IMG/VR virus record: IMGVR_UViG_3300014205_000170
Location: 128,001 to 192,000 of that record
From: a virus
Taxonomy: Duplodnaviria > Caudoviricetes
Strand: one strand, 5' to 3'
DNA length: 64,000 nt
Below the pieces are notes generated by a model that made no database searches, was not told where the DNA came from, and saw only the letters and a list, made by a program, of their open reading frames with translations. Shown one piece after another: positions 60,924 through 64,000 of this stretch; position 1 is the first letter of the stretch; each line of letters opens with the position of its first letter. The position numbers and the translations under genes were made by a program.

Positions 60924-60952
60924 TTAAACGAAATTTTAAGAAATTTGTTACG
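60924..60952 (-). promoter_or_regulatory. alternative-sigma promoter CGTAAC-N16-CGTTTAA
   Basis: Motif about 20 nt upstream of the ncRNA closing stem. Confidence 0.75.
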
Positions 60953-61397
60953 CTAATACATTTTTAGCAATCAAACTCAATTCTTTGCCATCATATTGAC
61001 CATCGTATTGAGCTTTAAAATGTGACATAATTTTCCCCATATCAGTTTTTCCTAGAGAATTATCGGTAACATATTTTTTCGAAATTTCTTCCATTTCTTC
61101 TTTTGATAATTGTTTTGGCATAACCTTTAATAAATAAGAATTAATGACATTGAGTTCTGTAGTTTCTTTTTCTAGCAATGCCACATTACCGGCATTCTTA
61201 AATTGAAGAATGCTGTCTTCTCTTTGTTTTACAAGGGGCTTTAAAGCTTTGATGTAGTTAATCTCTTGATTTGGATTTTCTTTTTCAAATTTATCAATAG
61301 CTGCTTTTGTAGCGCGGATTGCTTCTAGCTTAGAAGTGTTTTTTTCCTTCATTGCTACTTTTAAGTCTTCAAGAACTTGTGATTTTATATTTTCCAT
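60948..61397 (-). CDS. GatB/YqeY domain protein
   Basis: DLK.AMK, VKQREDSI.QF..AG, E..E...I..YL.PKQLS, DMGKIM. Confidence 0.9.
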   Translation of the reverse strand: MENIKSQVLEDLKVAMKEKNTSKLEAIRATKAAIDKFEKENPNQEINYIKALKPLVKQREDSILQFKNAGNVALLEKETTELNVINSYLLKVMPKQLSKEEMEEISKKYVTDNSLGKTDMGKIMSHFKAQYDGQYDGKELSLIAKNVLA

Positions 61398-61401
61398 TAT
61401 T

Positions 61402-61677
61402 CTATTTTTTAATTATACCAAAATAAGTTCCAATTATTCCGCCTATTATAAACGCTATTATTGGCTGCCAAGAACCAGAAATTACTGAATTCATACTTAC
61501 GCCTGTTGAAATTAACCATGTTGCAGAAACTCCTACATTAGATAATATGGTTGGCATTACCTTTCTCTCAGTAGTATATATTACATTTACTGTTCTTAAA
61601 TAAAGAAAAGCTATTTGAGTTATAAATACAATTATTGCTGACAACCATGGATTTTCGATTAATTCTTTGTAAGTCAT
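61402..61677 (-). CDS. small 3-TM membrane protein
   Basis: Hydrophobic, G..IGTY.G. Confidence 0.6.
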   Translation of the reverse strand: MTYKELIENPWLSAIIVFITQIAFLYLRTVNVIYTTERKVMPTILSNVGVSATWLISTGVSMNSVISGSWQPIIAFIIGGIIGTYFGIIKK

Positions 61678-61702
61678 TATACAAAGATATAACTTTCTGG
61701 GC

Positions 61703-62230
61703 TTAAAAGCGAATCTTAAGACCTAATTTATCTCGAAATGCCAAAAGAGCTTCTGCATTGCCTTTTGCATCATCAACAGGGTGATGCGTATGTTTGGTTT
61801 TACGAAATAATCGTTTCCAATCTTTGTTTACTCCGGCATCTTTCATAAGACCACAATATAAATCACCAATCCTACGTGCTGAAAATCCAAAAGGATTACT
61901 TCCATAATACATGTGAAAATAATAGTTTATCCATTGCCAATCAAAGGCAGGATTATCAGAAATAAAAGTGGGCTTACCATTAGAATTTGCCTTTATCCAT
62001 TCAGCAAAATCTTTCATCACCTTAACAGGTTCATCAAATTTTAAATGGTCTTCTCTTGAAAACCCCGATACAGCCAAAGCATCCGGAACCCATAAATCCG
62101 AAATTGGTTTAGTTTTCCCATAAAATGTTTTGTCTAATTTTTCATCAATAATGATAGCACCAAAGCACACCATTGAATTTCTGTATGGTATTTCACCATC
62201 TGCTTCTACGTCAACTACTATATAACTCAT
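61703..62230 (-). CDS. DEDDh 3'-5' exonuclease
   Basis: VDVEADG, DNPAFDW, H.H.PVDDA. Confidence 0.85.
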   Translation of the reverse strand: MSYIVVDVEADGEIPYRNSMVCFGAIIIDEKLDKTFYGKTKPISDLWVPDALAVSGFSREDHLKFDEPVKVMKDFAEWIKANSNGKPTFISDNPAFDWQWINYYFHMYYGSNPFGFSARRIGDLYCGLMKDAGVNKDWKRLFRKTKHTHHPVDDAKGNAEALLAFRDKLGLKIRF

Positions 62231-62236
62231 TTTTTA

Positions 62237-62791
62237 TTATTTATTAGATAATGACATTAGACCTGATTTAAGTTCATAAAACAATGCAATGAATGTTTTC
62301 AAATCCTGTGTCAATAATTCTTTATTTTCAATTAGTTCTTCCGGTGTAAATTCCATAATTTCTATTCCTTCATCACCAACGCCACCACCGGTACCTTTTT
62401 TCGTTCCATCAGTAATACCTTGAAAGATGTGCACTTTTTCAGTTAGACTTCCAGGAGAAGAAAAACAAGAACAAATCAACTTACACTCTGTTAATACATA
62501 TCCGGTTTCCTCTACAACTTCACGTTTAAAACAACTCTCTGGTGTTTCTCCCTCAATATCCATTGTACCAGCAACTACTTCTAAGATTTCACCATTAACC
62601 CCCGGCCTAAATTGTTTTACAAAAACATATTTTCTAGTGGTTTTATTAAATACAATTCCGGCAACCGCATCTCCACGATTAACTACTTCACGTTTAAATT
62701 CTTTTTCACCTCTTTTATAAGTTACTAAATCTACTTTTAAAAACCCGTTAGAGTTTATTTGTGCCCTATGAACTTCTGTTGTTTTTTCCAT
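62237..62791 (-). CDS. Nudix hydrolase, ADP-ribose pyrophosphatase (NudF)-like
   Basis: KQFRP, EVVAG..D..GE.PE....REV.EETG, SSPG, DE.I, D.KT. Confidence 0.88.
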   Translation of the reverse strand: MEKTTEVHRAQINSNGFLKVDLVTYKRGEKEFKREVVNRGDAVAGIVFNKTTRKYVFVKQFRPGVNGEILEVVAGTMDIEGETPESCFKREVVEETGYVLTECKLICSCFSSPGSLTEKVHIFQGITDGTKKGTGGGVGDEGIEIMEFTPEELIENKELLTQDLKTFIALFYELKSGLMSLSNK

Positions 62792-62793
62792 TT

Positions 62794-63234
62794 TTAATTA
62801 TCACTATTTTGTAATATCATTTCTATTTTATATCCTTTTTCAATAAAAAATACATAGAAATTATTTAAACCAATAGTTTTAAATGGCAAAATTTCTTGTA
62901 ATTCTAATTTTTCTTCTTTGTTGCAGTTATCAATTTCTTTTAATTTACCATTTAAAGTAATTTTCATTAAATCTTTTTCTAAAAATATTTCTAAGTTAAA
63001 TTTGTTAGAAACAAATTCTATATCAGGAATATAATCATTTAAAATTTTTGAATGATAATCTTCATATATTTTTTCAGCGTCATTTCCGGAAATCTCTCTG
63101 ATTTTATCAAGCATTTCATCTTTGCGTTCATTTGATTCTAAAAAATTTTCTAAAGTAGGTTTGTTAAAATTTTGTCTTTTGAAACCTATTTCAACTAATT
63201 TTTTTGTAATATCTTTTATTTTATTTTCTAACAA
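62794..63234 (-). CDS. hypothetical protein
   Basis: ORF; start uncertain. Confidence 0.5.
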   Translation of the reverse strand: MLENKIKDITKKLVEIGFKRQNFNKPTLENFLESNERKDEMLDKIREISGNDAEKIYEDYHSKILNDYIPDIEFVSNKFNLEIFLEKDLMKITLNGKLKEIDNCNKEEKLELQEILPFKTIGLNNFYVFFIEKGYKIEMILQNSDN

Positions 63235-63249
63235 AATTTTTTATTTTTG

Positions 63250-63352
63250 TACATTCTACAGGACTCGAACCTGTGACCTACCCACGCCTCCAGTGATTTA
63301 TGACGAGTTGAGCGTCTACCGAAGGTCGCTCTACCAACTGAGCTAAGAATGT
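63250..63352 (-). tRNA. tRNA-like RNA with 47-nt expanded anticodon arm; identity undetermined
   Basis: Acceptor ACATTCT/AGAATGT+A, D arm GCTC-AGTTGGTA-GAGC, T arm ACAGG-TTCGAGT-CCTGT; no canonical anticodon loop; no encoded CCA. Confidence 0.75.
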
Positions 63353-63356
63353 ATAT

Positions 63357-63782
63357 TTATGATTTTCCGTTCATTTTTGTGTCGTAAACAATATAATCCT
63401 CTCTTACTTTATCATGATAAAATTTTTCTAAAGCTTCAAGCAAATCCTTGCAGTAAAAATACGATGATATTTTTTGTTGATTTTCGCCTTTTTTAGCCCA
63501 AACCACTGTAAAAGAATTATAGTCGGTTTTGTGTTGTTGAACATAAAGTAAAATTTCTTCCAATCCTTCTTCGTGAGTTTTAACGTTTTTTACTTCTTTA
63601 AGCAAAAAACTCTCTTGGGTTTTAGGATTGAATGTCATCGCCTTCACATCATAGTTATCTTCCGATACTGGATTTACTCCTTTTTTGTGGTTAATTGCAT
63701 ATGTAAAATGGACTGTACAACCATTATCTGACATCACTTCTCTTAAAATAACGTCTTCTAATTCAACTTTGTTCTTTTTCAT
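63357..63782 (-). CDS. hypothetical protein
   Basis: First gene after alternative-sigma promoter. Confidence 0.6.
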   Translation of the reverse strand: MKKNKVELEDVILREVMSDNGCTVHFTYAINHKKGVNPVSEDNYDVKAMTFNPKTQESFLLKEVKNVKTHEEGLEEILLYVQQHKTDYNSFTVVWAKKGENQQKISSYFYCKDLLEALEKFYHDKVREDYIVYDTKMNGKS

Positions 63783-63787
63783 ACTTT

Positions 63788-63816
63788 TTAAACGTTTTTA
63801 AGATGATTTTGTTACA
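63788..63816 (-). promoter_or_regulatory. alternative-sigma promoter TGTAAC-N16-CGTTTAA
   Basis: Exact motif. Confidence 0.8.
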
Positions 63817-64000
63817 CGGGTCTTTTTTTCCACAAAAGTACCACATTGACAATATTTACAACCACATGGATACATTTGTTCATATGTATCAAAATGTCTA
63901 TAGTATGAATGACCACATTTACAGGTTCTATCATCTCCGTATTGTGGATTATAGAATCGAGTTTCCTGCTTAATTATCTCTACTTTGACAATATATGGTT
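63798..64000 (-). CDS. Cys-rich small protein, 5'-truncated by window edge
   Basis: ...CKCGHSYYRHFD...CGCKYCQC... to TAA at 63798. Confidence 0.55.
   Translation of the reverse strand, partial: PYIVKVEIIKQETRFYNPQYGDDRTCKCGHSYYRHFDTYEQMYPCGCKYCQCGTFVEKKTRVTKSS

Noticed and set aside
930-62720. Many short antisense or nested ORFs (e.g. 930-1169, 7099-7410, 15542-15835, 46302-47573, 59702-59986)
   Set aside because: Lie opposite or inside well-supported genes and show no motifs or promoters
63122-63346. Plus-strand 74-aa ORF
   Set aside because: Antisense shadow of the tRNA-like gene and ORF 62794
1-64000. Stop-codon reassignment as in some Bacteroidetes phages
   Set aside because: Conserved genes are full length and tightly packed under the standard code; TAG and TGA both end genes
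1-64000. CRISPR array, rRNA, IS element, integrase, self-splicing intron or intein
   Set aside because: No regularly spaced repeats or recognisable motifs seen by eye; topA, clpC, nadE and aspS show no large insertions
1-64000. Ordinary bacterial chromosome segment
   Set aside because: Housekeeping genes are isolated from their usual operons among many short unknown ORFs and phage-type domains; no structural hallmark gene is in the window, so this stays an inference

Overview
AT-rich, gene-dense 64 kb segment that reads as part of a very large (jumbo/huge) phage of a Bacteroidetes host. The evidence is a mosaic of short hypothetical ORFs among isolated host-like genes (TonB receptor, pnuC, nadR, nadE, rnhA, topA, aspS, ssb, dnaJ, clpP, clpC, dut, pepF), with no Shine-Dalgarno sites and many Bacteroidetes TAnnTTTG promoters. 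No capsid or terminase gene is in view, so the phage call is an inference. The most striking layer is transcriptional. (1) Three separate promoter classes are readable: host-type TAnnTTTG, an ECF/alternative-sigma-type TGYAAC-N16-CGTTTAA (7 copies, spacer always 16 nt) and a TATTTAT late-like motif. (2) Two sigma-factor-like proteins (32945-36815) follow the late-like motif and carry a short '(L/I)RK.IR..L.E' tag shared with other probable head-packaged enzymes. (3) A ~160 nt rod-shaped ncRNA with a 6S-RNA-like central bubble is transcribed from the alternative-sigma promoter upstream of nadE. Together these suggest virion-delivered sigma factors plus an RNA decoy for taking over host RNA polymerase. 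The window also carries an NAD+ supply kit (TonB receptor, PnuC, NadR, NadE), an N-domain-less ClpC with ClpP, and a tRNA-shaped RNA with a 30-nt-expanded anticodon arm. All functional calls come from motif recognition by eye; no database search was run.
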